Shown here one piece after another: positions 1 through 13,634 of a DNA stretch of 64,000 nucleotides (the stretch's first letter is position 1; every line of letters starts with the position of its first letter). Below the pieces are notes generated by a model, which had not been told where the DNA came from, searched no databases, and saw only the letters and a list, made by a program, of their open reading frames with translations. The position numbers were made by a program, and so were the translations under genes. This stretch comes from Ramazzottius varieornatus (lineage: Eukaryota; Animalia; Tardigrada), in NCBI GenBank assembly GCA_001949185.1, contig BDGG01000005.1, forward strand, positions 806,001 through 870,000, read 5' to 3'.

Positions 1-3000
1 TCAGTGGATGGTACGTTTCCACATTGTCTCAATATTATTTTCCTGTAAACTGTATCAAGACGGTGAACCATCTGGTGCTGTTTTCCAGCTAGCGGCCTTC
101 GACATGGGACTGTGCAATGGAGATTACGTGAGTCTGTCGAGTCTTAATGGCCCGAACGTAGGTCGACTTGGTACCAGAGCCATTACTTTCACGACTATCT
201 TCTCTTCAGTTATTCGTAACATACGAATGGTTTCGGTCTCCATACTATGGAGAATATACGTGGCAGTATTATGACGAGCGTGATCAGGTGTGTCCAGGCC
301 AGGGTGCTTCGTCAATATCCAATAAGATTCATCAAACATTACTGTCTAACGAGTTATATTCATGATAGGACGCTCGGACAGCCTACCGAACTCTTTTGAA
401 AATTGCCTCCATGGAATACTGGGAAAGTGAAGTCTTCCGAAAGTGGTCAAACGAAGTAAAGATGCTGGCCAAGAACCGATTCGGATATGTCTATGGGCCA
501 AATGAAACAGTAAGGCCTCTTGATTCTGTGGAGTTCGGTACGAATTTGGGCGTTGGTCGAAAACTTGAACTGTTGATTGATTAATCCGTCTTTACAGGTG
601 GCGCCATCAGTTACGGGCATGCATGATGGTGTCCTTTTGTATGCTACGGCCCTCAACGAAACTCTGGCCGCTGGAGAAGACCCCTTCAACGGTACGATCA
701 TCACGAAGCGAATGTGGGGGAAAACGATCAAGAGTCCGGAAGGCTTGATGAAGGTTACAGCCACTGGCGTCAAGGACCAAAGTTTCGTCTTGCAACAACT
801 GGACCCGGCTTCCGGCTTCTGGAAGGTAAGCGGTCCTACTGTCGTATGATTGCACTACCGTGGATCACTTAGATAATCGTTTGGTGTTTATAGCGTGTGA
901 TGGCCTACGATGGTATCACGGGGATTTTCAATGCCAGTGTGGACACCATCACGTGGATCGATGGGAAAAGTCTTCCGCCGAACATTCCGAAATGTGGCTT
1001 CCAGAATGAGAACCTGAGCTGCCTTGTCCAAAATAGTACGTGATCACTCCTCTGAAATCTGCCTCCATTACATTTTGTATTCTACCTCCCGCCCCAGAAT
1101 GGTTTTGCTGTAGGCGATGTGGCGACAACAGTGGCCGCAATTGTTGCGGTCTTCGTAGTGATGATCATCTGCTGTATCACTGGGTTCCGCTTTTACCAGT
1201 ACGAAGACTAGTTTTGCGCGAGTGTTACCTTAGACGATAATGAATTGGATGTTTCAGGAAGCGAAAGTTCGAGCAGTCACTGCTTGACAACTGGTGGCAG
1301 ATCAACAGGGACGACGTCAAGAAACGGCATGAGGCGAAGGCTTCTACAGCCACATTACAAGCTGGTTCCAGACCTTCCGTCAAGGCAAAGTCCGCTCTGT
1401 TTTCTGCGTCGTCTCAGGGCTCGAATGAAGAAGCAGTTTTCTACACTGTCGGGCGCTACCAGGGAAAAATGGTCCACATACGGGAGATACACTGCCCGAT
1501 AGAGATTACTCGAGACTTCCTTGTTCATATGAAACGGGTACGGGCATTTTATATTAATACTGTACTTCGGTACGATAATGATCCATTACTCGCAACCACA
1601 AACAAAGCTTGTGTCTCCAACAGCTACACGGTCTGGTACACGAAAATCTCAACCAACTGGTCGGACTATGTACGGAGACCAACCACGAAACCATCTACAC
1701 GATGTATTGCGCAAAGCAAAGCTTGGGAGATCTCCTCCAGAACGACTCGATATCTTTGGACTGGTCGTTCAAATTTTCTCTCGTGTTAGACTTGATCAAT
1801 GTAAGGGATGACTACGGCAGAACGCGACCACCCTGAAAATTCTTGAAATTCAGAAGATTATTTCGAAGCTCGGCACACAGGCTCGACCAAATCGTTTTAC
1901 CAAGTAGCATACGTTTTCAGCGTTGTCGGCTGGTAATGTGCGCCATTTGGGAGGACCAATCTTGCCGAGCGTTTTTTGCCGAGCTCCCCGTTTTCTGTCT
2001 GAATGATAATAAAAAACCCCTCCAGAAAATTGTATCGGGAAGGACACCAGTTCAGTGAGTTTATCTTTTGACAGGGAATGGATTATCTGCATGCTTCCTT
2101 TTTGCGGTCCTTCGGCTACCTGACTTCTTCCAACTGCGTGATAGACGGGCGTTTCGTCTTAAAGATCACCGACTTCCACTTCCCGATGCTTCGACCACCA
2201 CACTTCGACCTAGCCGATCTGCCTCCCGGTTCGCTCTTCAACTATAAGACCCTCCTCTGGCGAGCTCCCGAACACCTCCGTTCAGTCATGCCGCAGAACG
2301 GCACACAAGAGGGTGATGTCTACAGCGCCGGCATCATCCTCCAGGAAGTCTGTACACGCACCGATCCATACTTCGATCGAGAGACTAGTTTGTCCTACGA
2401 CGAAGTGATCAGAAGGGTCTCGGTGCCGGAGGATCCGCCGTACCGACCACAGGTGATAGTGGAAGGTCTGCCGAAAGAGTTCTTTCAGATTATGCAGGCT
2501 TGTTGGAGGGAAAGCCCTGAAGCTCGACCGACGTTCCGCACGATAAAGAGTACGTTGAAGAGTAGTAAGCTGAACAAAGAGGGGAATATCATGGATAACT
2601 TACTCAAAAGGATGGAGAAGTACTCGCAAGATTTGGAACAGTTGGTGGCAGAACGAACCAAGGCGTTCTTTGATGAGAAGAAGAAGGCTGAAGAACTGCT
2701 CTATCAAGTGATGCCACGGTATAGCATTCTTTCTCGTCCCATTTCCTAGAGTACGTTTTTTCGTCAGTCGTGGTGGTTGATTTTCGTAACTTTCCTTCCA
2801 GAGAAATTGCGGATGTGCTGAAGGTATGCTGCCCAGCTTCGCGATGTGTTTATCCAAGCCTCCTGACGCGTTCTGTACAAGCCCCCACTTGGTTCCTTTT
2901 AGGTCGGTGGATATATTCCTCCGGAAGCTTTCGAATGCGTATCTGTCTACTTCAGCGACATAGCCGGTTTTATCCAGCTGTCGGCTGAGAGCACTCCATT

Positions 3001-3933
3001 CCAGATTGTTGAATTTCTGAATGATGTGTAAGTCCATGAACAATATTTCACACAGTGGCTATCTTGTGTTTAATTTTGCGAAATATTTTCAGGTATACGT
3101 TGTTTGATGGAATAATAGAAAATTTCGATGCCTACAAGGTTGAAACAATTTCCGACACGTATATGGTACGTTCGAGCGGTCACCCTGTATATAACAACGG
3201 TTTTTGAAATTCCGGTACTTTTTGCAGTTATTAACATTACAGGCTCCATCAATGTTACCGTCTGATTATGTTTCATTAGGTAGCAAGTGGACTTCCGGTC
3301 AGAAATGGCGACAAACACGCTTACGAAATTGCGAGGATGGCGCTGCGCTTCCTGAGCGAAGCTCGTAAATACAGAGTACCTCACCGTCCAGAGCTCAACC
3401 TTCAACTGCGGATCGGTATCAACTCTGGACCGTGCGCGGCAGGTAAGCCAAGCCTTAGGTTGTACCCGTAAACTATGCGTATGCCTTATGTTGCAAGTAA
3501 CACATGTGCACCGTGATCCTCTATTTGGCTTTCGAAAAATAGGGATAGTTGGTCTGAAGATGCCCCGTTACTGCCTGTAAGTGTTCTGCCACCACAACTG
3601 GGACCGTGTACCCCGAAGAACATCAGCAACGGCTTTTAATTTTTACTTGTAGTTTCGGTGATACGGTAAACACGGCTTCCCGAATGGAGTCTTCGGGACA
3701 AGGTACAGCCGACCAACTCTTTGTAAATGCTGTTTGCTTCTGGCAGATGTCGACTTTGGTGACGAATTGCTTCTGCTGTTCTTTTGTTCTTCGTAGCTTT
3801 GATGATTCATACGAGTCAAACCACGAAAGAAATTCTGGACACATTCAAGTGCTTCCATTTGGAACTACGGGGCGAGATTGAAGTCAAAGGAAAAGGCAAG
3901 TGTACGACGTACTGGTTACGAGGCGTCTACTGA
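1..3933 (+). CDS. Receptor-type (NPR-like) guanylyl cyclase, multi-exon, 5' end outside window
   Basis: Exons encode an extracellular region (577-826), a TM segment (~1130-1190), a kinase-homology domain ([49 protein letters not shown] in 2078-2717), a coiled coil ([16 protein letters not shown]) and cyclase motifs ([59 protein letters not shown]). Stop TGA at 3931-3933. Confidence 0.93.
1867..1985. repeat. Palindromic N25 element copy (core 1901-1949), in guanylyl cyclase intron; fullest copy, with outer arms AGCTCGGCA...TGCCGAGCT
   Basis: CAAGTAGCATAC-25 bp-GTGCGCCATTTG with extended inverted arms. Confidence 0.85.
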
Positions 3934-4961
3934 AGTCCGAGGAGCGGCGCCACCTATCGAGAAATACTTTCCTCCATCTGTCTCCCAAATACCGTATGTG
4001 GACCTCTTTTCAAGCGGTTCTGATGTAAAGGGTCGTGGATAGATTGATTACTTTCTCGTGTTCGGTTACCAGCTGAGAATCTGGGCAGCTGCCCCAGCTG
4101 TTGTGAACACACTGGTGGTGGCGATAGTTGGTTATGCGTAAATAATGTGGGAATGGAGGAAAGTACCTGTCGAAAAACACAGCAGGTGCTGCTGGTCTTA
4201 AGGGTATCTTCTCACGCTGTCGCTTCGGTGTAACAGCCTACACACAACCACCGATTATCTGCCCCCATTGGGCCGACAGTTGTAACCCATCTTCAAACCT
4301 GACGAAACAGTCCCCATGGAGCCATGCAGCAGTTGCAGGGGCTTTTTTTGGCCGTTAACGAACAGCATGGAATAATATACCAATAGTTATTTTCCCGGCA
4401 GCCGTTAGGGCACATCATCACGAAAGCTGTTGTCTGTCATTTTGCCAGCTAATGGCACCTAATGAGGCACTGCACAATGTCACTTCCTGATTTTCTCACC
4501 TAACCAGCAGGTTGTTTTGTGATTTATGGTCAATGTAGCTTCTTGCTCTTGACCGGCAGAAAGGTATCTCTCGTCAGCGCGACAGACGGTGCATCACGTC
4601 TCGACTTACACATTACTCTGATTACATTTGTCTACACCACAAAAACTATGGACCCTCACATCCTTTCAGAGCAATGTACATGTTGTTTCCGGGCTGCAAA
4701 TCGAACCGGAAATCCACGTTCACTTCTTGGGGTTATTTCTCGACAATCCTGATCTTATTTCTGGCGACACAGTTTAGGATCAAGAGCGGCCAGTCGGTTT
4801 TCACAAGTGCTATCCAAATGACGCCAGCGAGAAAAGTCCAGCACACTAGCCATATAGACAAAACAACCAAATAGGGAATGGAAGTTTTTGAACTAAAAAA
4901 ATATTTTATCGTACTTTTGAGAGAAAGCCCAATGGCGGAAAACCTACAACATGGGGAACCC

Positions 4962-5312
4962 TTAAATGTGCCTCTGAATGGATCCATTGTTGGGTGATGG
5001 AGGTGGATTTCCGCAAAGCTGTCCTTGTTTGCCGGTCATCATCTGGAGGAAGTGGGGAGGTGGCGAGGGAAGGCTGAAGACTCTGGCTTCCAGTTGCTGG
5101 ATAAGGCGAGCCGTGGCCAAGACGATATCCACTTCCGTCATGACACTCTTGTCGGCTTCCATCTTCTCTTTGAGATTCAAAGGCATTTCGGAGACGATCG
5201 CGGACCGAAGCTGTTCCAACAAGTACTGGCGTTCTTGCTGGGAGCTGCACTTCTTCGAGCGCTGCGTCTTCACTCGGCGAACTTCCTTCTTCTTCAACAG
5301 GCACTTGGTCAT
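4962..5312 (-). CDS. Divergent HLH protein (Id/emc-like paralog), intronless
   Basis: Helix-loop-helix pattern ERQYLLEQLRSAIV...TEVDIVLATARLIQQLE; upstream TATA at 5534-5542. Start taken at MTKC; the ORF extends to 5360. Confidence 0.6.
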   Translation of the reverse strand: MTKCLLKKKEVRRVKTQRSKKCSSQQERQYLLEQLRSAIVSEMPLNLKEKMEADKSVMTEVDIVLATARLIQQLEARVFSLPSPPPHFLQMMTGKQGQLCGNPPPSPNNGSIQRHI

Positions 5313-5529
5313 CTTGGGAACTAAGGGAACCGAAGGGACTGATTGGGAAACGACGCACATCTTCCTGCTTGCACGTGAGTGCTGAAAGATAATCCGAACA
5401 AAAATCGCAACTTGGCGAAAGGTGTTTTGTAAGAGAGGAGTTGTCGGGGAACTGTGGAAAGGTTTGAAGGCTGACTCGCGATCCCGGAAAGCGAAATGTC
5501 CAGACTGATGGAAAATGCTCGGGGAAGTT

Positions 5530-5552
5530 GAGGCTTTATATACTGTCGAAGC
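5530..5552 (-). promoter_or_regulatory. TATA box of divergent HLH gene (TTCGACAGTATATAAAGCC)
   Basis: TATATAAAG on minus strand ~220 bp upstream of the ATG; context nearly identical to the TATA at 9478-9495. Confidence 0.6.
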
Positions 5553-5823
5553 AAATGCCGGTGAAACAGTCTGGCCAGCGTTTCGTCAATCGGTGGGATT
5601 TGTAAGCAGATGGACACTTGAGTGTATAGCGAAGGTCCGCCTATCAACAGTTGCATTCCCATAATCTCGGCTTGCTCTTGGCTCTTTCCGCCTGAACTGC
5701 ACAGACCAGAACCAACCTTCACGGGAAAATGAGGCAGCTGTATCTGTCTTCTGTCTGTCCGGAACAGGTTATCCTCATCCTTCGGTCTTTACCTCCGAAG
5801 CAGAAGGACGGATGTATCGTCCG

Positions 5824-5842
5824 GTGTGTGTGTGTGTGTGTG
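5824..5842. repeat. (GT)n microsatellite
   Basis: About 9 GT units. Confidence 0.85.
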
Positions 5843-7934
5843 GAATGCGTGGAAACGGACGACAGGTGCATCGGCAGGAAAATATGCGTCTGTTCCCACG
5901 TTTTGACAGTGTGTCTCTCTGTTGATTAACCGAACGAGTAATCATAACACAAGGTGGCTGTAATTGGCCACGTTTATCCGCTCGCGCGGTTTGAAAGTGT
6001 AAGTCGATCGTCAAAGTAATTGATAGAGTGACAATGAAGGTTAAAGACGGGCGACGGCACAAGAAGGAAGTGAACACAGCTGAGGATGATATCGCTTCAA
6101 GATGGACAGCTGACCACCAACATTTTCCCATGGATCGAAACGATCAACGGGACGTGTGTCAGTTGACAATCTGGCCATGATCCCCAGCACACTGACCACT
6201 GACCGGCACTGATCTGCCTATTGTCATCGTTATGAACCACCAAGCGGACACACTCTGTTAAATCTCCACTTACACCTCTGTAACTCTTGTCATAACAATA
6301 ACAGTTTACTCACAAATGTTTATACATATGATATGTATGTATATAATATAAATCGGTCTTCGGGTGTACATTAACACGGGTTCGCTAAACGCAGCTATTT
6401 TTCTGGCCGGGTAGGAATACCGCGGGAAGGTTTTGGATGGCCGGGACCTGAGAGGATGGCGTGACGTACTGGAAAAATGTGTGGATATATCGGGTTTCCG
6501 TTCAATCGTCAGTAAACAAGAAATCAAACAGCATGCAAGAAAATGTGCAAAGTGTGGCACCCAAATGATTTACACAGCTGCATCGCTCGTAACAACTTAA
6601 CCCACTTTATACAATTAAACTTTGGCGCACTTACGGAGATGGCCTTCGCTCAAATTTCGACGGAAGTTTCATAGGCTGCCTACCGATCGCAGATCTCCGT
6701 CCAGTTGATTTCTTTCGGATTAGGAAAGTCAGAAGTTCTTCGGCTCACTCTACGGCTTGAGAAATTTGACCGTGACCCAGCGCCACCTATGAACCAACTC
6801 GGCTTTTGAGCAGGGAGGTGGAACTGTAGATTTCCAAGTCTGAATTTCCAGGATGGAGGAAGACCTCACTTCGGTTAACTCATATGAAGTCAACATTCAA
6901 CCGAGGTGCTTTCAATGCAAATTCGCCGAAGCGAGAAACTTGCTGAGGCGAAAGGGTCGACGTCGCTCGCACTTGCACAGCGGGTAGGATGAAGGACGGA
7001 TCGAACCCTGTATTTGTTTGCACACCTGTGTGTAATTGCCGAATCATTTGCAGCGTGGTTTTTGTGCAAAGCACAGCTGTTTTGTTAAGCGTGAGAGCGT
7101 GACGGCTGTGTTGGCTTCTAACTTACTGTAATACGCCTCCAATATCGACTATACTGGGTTGTCGAGCTCCCCGTATTGTCCCCAAAGCACAAAGGAAGGA
7201 CCGTATTGACTGGTGAAACAAACCCTCCAACGAAAGACGTTCTTAAGGAACGACGCGGTAAAGAACCCGTTTGAGAATGAATGAAGGGATATCTCTCATT
7301 GTGTTTCATTCCCACAAAACATGTCTCGATTCATTGTGCGCAGGTTCAATGGGGTCATTAAGAGCGAATGGCGCTGTTTTGCAGAGAAGTGAGGGAAGTT
7401 ATGAAGAAAAGACCGGATTCTGCCGGCGATGGAGGCGACTGTCCTCTCAATCTTATACCCACTTGATGTCAAGTTGAAATTCATTCAGGGGCTTTGCAGT
7501 TTGTTGATTGAAGGAGCCCAAACCGGTTTTTGAGCTCGTTCAATGGCGCGCATTCCTCCACGAAGCACGTTGCGAGCTAAAGTTGAGTGTCCAACAGATG
7601 GGAAACGCGCAATTCAGAGCTCACGCAGTGCGACGAGATTACTGTCAGGAATTCCTCCTACCGTGAGGGGGCCACTCAAAAATGCCTGCTTGCCCAGCTT
7701 TCTTCAGCAACGCAACAACATCTTTATACAGTACTTGCTCCTTCAAGATTGATTGAATGAAGATTGTCCACCTGACAATGTTTAGTGGCATAAAGTACAT
7801 TCCACAAAACAGGATGTGAACGGAGTATAAAGCCTCAGATAGTGGCGGTATACCTACCTTATGATGTTGGCGCAGGGCGTGGCCGCATACATGGAAAAGT
7901 CACAGCACTACGCCCGAGTCAGGCTGCGGACCTA

Positions 7935-8030
7935 CAAGTTCGACCAGATTGTTTTCCCAAGTAGCGCACGCTTCCAGTCAGAAACGCAGTATGGGTGCGC
8001 CACTGTGGGAAACTATCTGGTGGAATTTGT
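7935..8030. repeat. Palindromic N25 element copy (core 7958-8006), intergenic
   Basis: CAAGTAGCGCAC-25 bp-GTGCGCCACTGT with CCAGAT/ATCTGG outer arms. Confidence 0.85.
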
Positions 8031-8972
8031 TCGTCTAGCTCCCATTTCGTATCCCTGTTAAACTTAAATTTAGATTTATCATATAGAATATAATTTAAAG
8101 AAACCCCATATCCAACTTATTATATCGGGTGCCACAGTTTGCGGCGATCTTCGACTTTGATATCATCCCACCCTCTGGAAAAATTCGGTGAGCACTCCTT
8201 CGGATGTGACGGAAAACGAGATGAACCAAAACGGTTCGCGGTTAATTTGGGAGTTTGCGTAATTTTAGGCCAGTGTGTGATATGGTTGTTATTAAAGCCA
8301 TCTGCATATGAAGACTGTCTCTCATCCGACGCCAATGTTGCTACTTCTCACGCTTCCTGACACTTGATCCGTAGGCTGCACAAGCTGCCATGATTGAGAC
8401 AGTCAATATGCTACAACGAGTTTTCCCTTTTGACAACCAAGACAACATTGACCACACGTGATTAATACGGCAACATTGTCGGCCATGTCTCGACGTAAAG
8501 TTAGTAATGACAACATGACCTCATCAAGTGTGATTGAAGACAACACCTGCATCAACAGTAGCGTAGCCTTCCATCGACCGAACAAGACGACATGCCGCGC
8601 TGCTGCCAAACTTCAGCCTTCGGCACGGACATTTTTATTGTGCTTCATATCCGCCGCGCTATTCATGAATACGGTAAGGTTGAACTCTAAATACCACTTC
8701 GAAGACACGCTTTGCAGATTACAACCAGTGACCAACTTCATTTTTTGCCATGTTATTTGATATCGTGTCATATTTTTTCCAACTCGCCATAATATAGCCT
8801 AAAGAACCACCATAAAAACCGATGTGCATTGCTCCTGAGAAGACAATATTTTCCAGAATACGGTCAAGCTCATTATTAAGCTGTAAATAATATATACACA
8901 ACAAGTCAAAAATCACAAACTGAAAATAATTCCATCTGAAACTATCACCGCACGCGGAGAACATCCTTCCGT

Positions 8973-9296
8973 TCATAAATCAACCGTCTTATGCTGCAGG
9001 GATATCCTCAGATAGTTCAGGCCTGTGCACAGGTTCTCAGCTTCGGGATGGAACTGAACTTGGGATTCGAGGTCTTGGATGTATTCGATGACGTGTTGGA
9101 GGATCTCCAGGCGGGAAACCTTGCGGTCCTTGGGAAGGGTAGGGATCATGTGGAGGAGCTTGTGGAAGAGGAGCTCCATGGTGGCCATCTCCTCGTTCTC
9201 CTCCAAACATTTGCGGGCCTTCCGTGTCACTCCGTTGCTCTTCTGAGCCTTGCGAGGGGGGATGGGTCGCGAGACAGGCATAATCATGGCCTTCAT
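8973..9296 (-). CDS. emc: Id/extramacrochaetae-family HLH protein, 107 aa
   Basis: MKAM start typical of Id/emc; ELLFHKLLHMIPTLPKDRKVSRLEILQHVIEYIQDLE matches the Id HLH consensus; TATA at 9481-9487. Confidence 0.88.
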   Translation of the reverse strand: MKAMIMPVSRPIPPRKAQKSNGVTRKARKCLEENEEMATMELLFHKLLHMIPTLPKDRKVSRLEILQHVIEYIQDLESQVQFHPEAENLCTGLNYLRISLQHKTVDL

Positions 9297-9477
9297 TCTC
9301 TCGGTTCGGAGGTGTAGAAATATTCCCGAAATAACTTGGACGGAGTTTCGAAGAGGAATTGCGCGAGCAAACTCGAGTCGTTCTCGATGTGCAAAGTATT
9401 CCAAGTGGATGATGCGAGTCAAAGTTGTGCGAAGGAAGCCAAAATAGCGACTGATATGCAAGCTGCGGAATACGCAC

Positions 9478-9495
9478 GGCTTTTATACTGGCGAA
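9478..9495 (-). promoter_or_regulatory. TATA box of emc-like gene (TTCGCCAGTATAAAAGCC)
   Basis: TATAAAAG on minus strand ~185 bp upstream of the ATG. Confidence 0.65.
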
Positions 9496-12400
9496 AGTGC
9501 GGGCATCGTACAACATGGCATACCACGAGTGGCCACGCCCTCTGTTACGGTGTACGCAGTTGTGGGCAGTTTAGTGTTAATCACCAGATGGACCAGGCGA
9601 AAGCGACACGCCTGGCACGCAGGTGTCAAGTTGAGAGTGTTCCCACATATTCCCGGCCTAATTGATAAATTGAATGTTTACACCTGAAGATACAGTAGGG
9701 CAGCAGCTGATTTGCGGGATAAAACTTTTGAGGGACGCTCTGCATGGACAGGCCATCTCTCAAAGGGGAATACAGCGTCTACCGGGCAGATGCCCCCATC
9801 TGCTTAATTCGCCCACACAACTGCTCCCTTTTCCCATGCAGCCTTCCGCCCATGCGAGCCGTACTGCCGCAGAAAAAGCCCGTGTTCTCACGAAACGGAC
9901 ACAGCCTTGTTCCAGATGTACAGAGGTCTGTTTTGAAATTGAACAGATCATCTGCGGTCGATCGGCGGCTGATACACAAGCAGCTGTGTCTTGTTCGGAT
10001 AACTCCATTTTGTATTGTGTGGAATGTGCGGCCAAAACGGAGATCTGTTCTGTAACTTCTGTTGTCAGCGGCTACCAGCCACCCCAATGATGTGGCGCAG
10101 CCGACGGCAGCATGGCCGGGGACGCCATATTTCGCACATGGCGCATCTGCGAAAGCAGATTTTGAGAAACAGACGTTACCAACTACCAGAAGCCACTCCA
10201 AAAACACGCCAGCTGCCGTAATCAACCACAAGCCACTCTAAACTTTCGCTCCCATCATCTTACAAACCAATGCCATTCTCACGATCAAAATCCAGCTGGC
10301 AGTTCAAACTGAAAAGAATTTCCCGACATGAAGTAAAAACAGTTCAAAAATATTTTGTCTCGCTGATATTAGATAACTGACAGTTATGGTTTGTTCGTTC
10401 CAAGTAACAGATAACATGAGTATATGTAATTTCGGCGATGTCCATAGTTGAAAGAGTTCGCCGAGTACTTACACCCTTCAGGTTTTGTCAGAAGATCCTC
10501 AGTTCGTACGTGAACGTTTCGGTTTCACTAAAGATTTTTGAGCGTTGTAGAGGTACTACAGTATTAATTTGCTGCAGCTGCGACGATTGCACTTCCGCGT
10601 TATGCGGTTAAATATTTAAATTAATCATGGAAAAATCGTTTTGCATTTGGGGTTGATGATGAACGTTGGGGACATGTGGCGAGCGTCGCTTGTGGCTTCT
10701 GCCAGGAATTATTTTGGGCAACAATCTGGCTGGAGAACTGCCGGCTGTTCCTGAACACCCACGACAGTTGTATCGTAACTGGCGTTAAAAAGGGGAGCGC
10801 AGCTGGTCAAGCAGCTGATGATTCCATCTGAGCAGCTCTCTTCCCAGATGAGCATTTCCTGCATGGTTGCCAGAGATCTGCTACTGCTGCTGCAGATGCA
10901 GATGCAAAAGACATATGCCCCATCAGATGGTGGTGGGAAGTGTAAAAGGAAAAGCGGGACATGTGTGAAGTCAGCTGTTACTGTTGGTCGCACAGGGATG
11001 ACGGCTTTCCGATCCCGTCTGCACAGCTCTAACCGACAAGGAAGATTATCGGCACAACAACTGCTGCTAACAGTAAACAGCTTGCTGTTGGCTAATCAGT
11101 TGACGGAAGGCAGCTTAATTGCATGCCGGTGATGACATGCTCTTCAGAGCCCACCAAGAACTCTGCAGTCCAAATGCACAGCATATAGGATGTCTGATTA
11201 TTAGTTTTTTGCTGAATATTGTATTCCAAAATACTGCATGTTTCAGGGCAAAGTCAGGATCGATATAGGTAAAATATATTGTGTACTGTGGTGTCTAGAA
11301 ATGATAAAAAGTGGTAACCAGCGGCACTTCTGGCAGTTCGTAATTCGCTTACACACATGTCGGCAGTACTTGACAACATATTTCATGAGCAGACGTGAAA
11401 CACAAGTGCCGCAGCTGAGAAATTGCTAATTCATATCTGATTGCCATGAGTAAATCAAGGCTTGGCACCAAATGTCCCGCATATGGCAGGGGACTTGTGG
11501 CTCGCTTCTGTCGTAGGCAATTTCCGTCGACGGGGCAACGTGTGGGACGAAGCTGTTTTATAACATTCTGAGGCAATGTGCAGCTGTCCAAATTTAGCCA
11601 AAAAAGTTCCTGCTGGAGAAAAACCAAGACTTCTGGCATTTTTTGCCCACAGCTGCGTACAGATGGTAATCAGGGCTTGTATTTTAAGAGTGGCGACTGA
11701 TGATAATTGCCTTGTCACAAGGAGGAAACTGTTCTTTTTCAACGGCAACCCAGGCTTCGGTGCATAGATTGCCGCATGCCCTATGCTGGGTTTGCAGAAA
11801 ACGAAAATGTTGCGTGGGGTGGCATATGCGACGCTGACCAACAATATGGTGGCTGGTGCTAAAGGACGAGTTCCAGATGGCCTTCCACAGTTGCGAGCCT
11901 GAATGGATACATTAACCATCACCCACGCAGGTGTTCAAAAAATGAGCAGTTGGCAATTGTGGCCGTATTGTTTGGTAATTTATCGGGATCAAATTCTACT
12001 CTGATAATAATTCATCTCAGTTTGATAACGTAGGTGGAAAACTCGCCGAAACCGAAGAAAGTCACATGGGTCGCCACAGCGCATTTTGGTATTTTTTGAT
12101 ACAGTCAGGTCTGCGTAGCGTTTTCGACCCACTTTTGTTAATACATTTGTGAGCTGATTTTGAGAAAATTCGCAGGAAAAATTTAATTGGACTAACCAAG
12201 CGCAAAAAACCTCAGGAGTCTACAGCGTGGTAGATTTGAGGGACAACGTCAAGCAAATGATTGCATGGGCGCCGATACGATCGGTAAGATTCCAAGGAAA
12301 TATTTTCCCATGATGAACTTCCTCGTTGAAGAGAGTGCTTTCTGGTGATTTGAGCTCGATGGCTAAATGGCACGGTTATACCGCACACGTGAAAGACTAG

Positions 12401-12691
12401 AGTCTACGGCACACTTGAGGCCATAATCGGTGAGTATCATTCCACGCCGGACTGGCGCCATCGCAGGTGCATGCTTACAGGCATTCCCATCGTATACTTA
12501 TGCTCCTTTAGACAGCGTCTAAGTTTACATTGAGCCTTTACACATTGCTCCATTATCTTCGCCGCATTGTGACTGAATCGCCAACATCATTCATCGAAAC
12601 ATTTGTGTTTAACTAGCCATTGTTCGACCCATAAAACCACTGCACGTGCGTACCATAACTCATGCTGACGTCACACATGAGCTATCAACTG

Positions 12692-13031
12692 CGAGGTAAA
12701 CATCACAATTCGGGCGAGCCAGTTTTCCCGTCACAATTTGGGCGGTCTGTATCTCAGCTGTTTCGGCTTCAAACTGCGTAGTTTTTACTTCCCAGGGTAG
12801 AATATCCTCTCTTCTATCTCTTGTGATAGGTTGAAAGATCGGAAGATGTCAAAGAGTTGCGGAGTCAGCGGTGGGAGGAAGAGGGGTATGCGCAATGTTA
12901 AAAAGCCTAAAGTTGTATCAACCGACGTACGGTGAACAATCAATACAGCGTAGCGAATAACGTATCAACTTTTCTAGCCGCCCGAATTATGACGGGAAAA
13001 CTGGCCCGCCCGAATTGTGACGTTTACCTCG
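12692..13031. mobile_element. MITE-like element with 54-bp TIRs (possibly mariner-derived)
   Basis: 12692-12745 and 12978-13031 are inverted repeats (about 50/54 identical), begin CGAGG, and the right end is followed by TA. Confidence 0.75.
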
Positions 13032-13634
13032 TATGGTTGCTCATGAATCGCTCACCGCTCCGCAGTGACGTCACTGAGAGGTCGCTCAGTAAACCTGCGT
13101 TCTTCCTGGCTTCCAAGGCTTTTGTTGATGTCGTGCGCGACTGTAAAGGGTTGCTTGCTCTTCTTACTATCTTTCCGACCACACCTTTAAATTCCAATAA
13201 AATGTCCGTCGCCATTGCGGCGTCTTCAATGGACACTGAGCATATGCAGCTGTGTACTAAGAATATAATAACAGCTAAAACCAGCCCAAGCATGGCGGCT
13301 TTTTTGTGTAAAGATTCTTCAGCGACAGAAATTCCTGCATAAAATTTTCACTGCTCCCAGATGTTACCTCTTCTAGTGTAAATGGTTATCTTTTGGAGAG
13401 GGATCACAAAGCCGGATGTCACCGACAAGTACCTTCCAACGTTTACTCACCTGAAACGCATCGTTTCTCAACTAGCCGATGATCCCTCATTAACCTCGCT
13501 GAACTTTGTTTAAACGCCATCAACGCTTGAATTTCTAAGACATACTTGAAGGCGGTATTGTCTTCCAAATCCCAATCGGGCATTAAAGTTGCCAAAAACG
13601 AGTTTTTCGCTTGGGACGGCGGGAGATAAGTTAA

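Noticed and set aside
9297-9461. Upstream extension of the emc ORF
   Set aside because: It reaches to within ~20 bp of the TATA box; MKAM is the family-typical start
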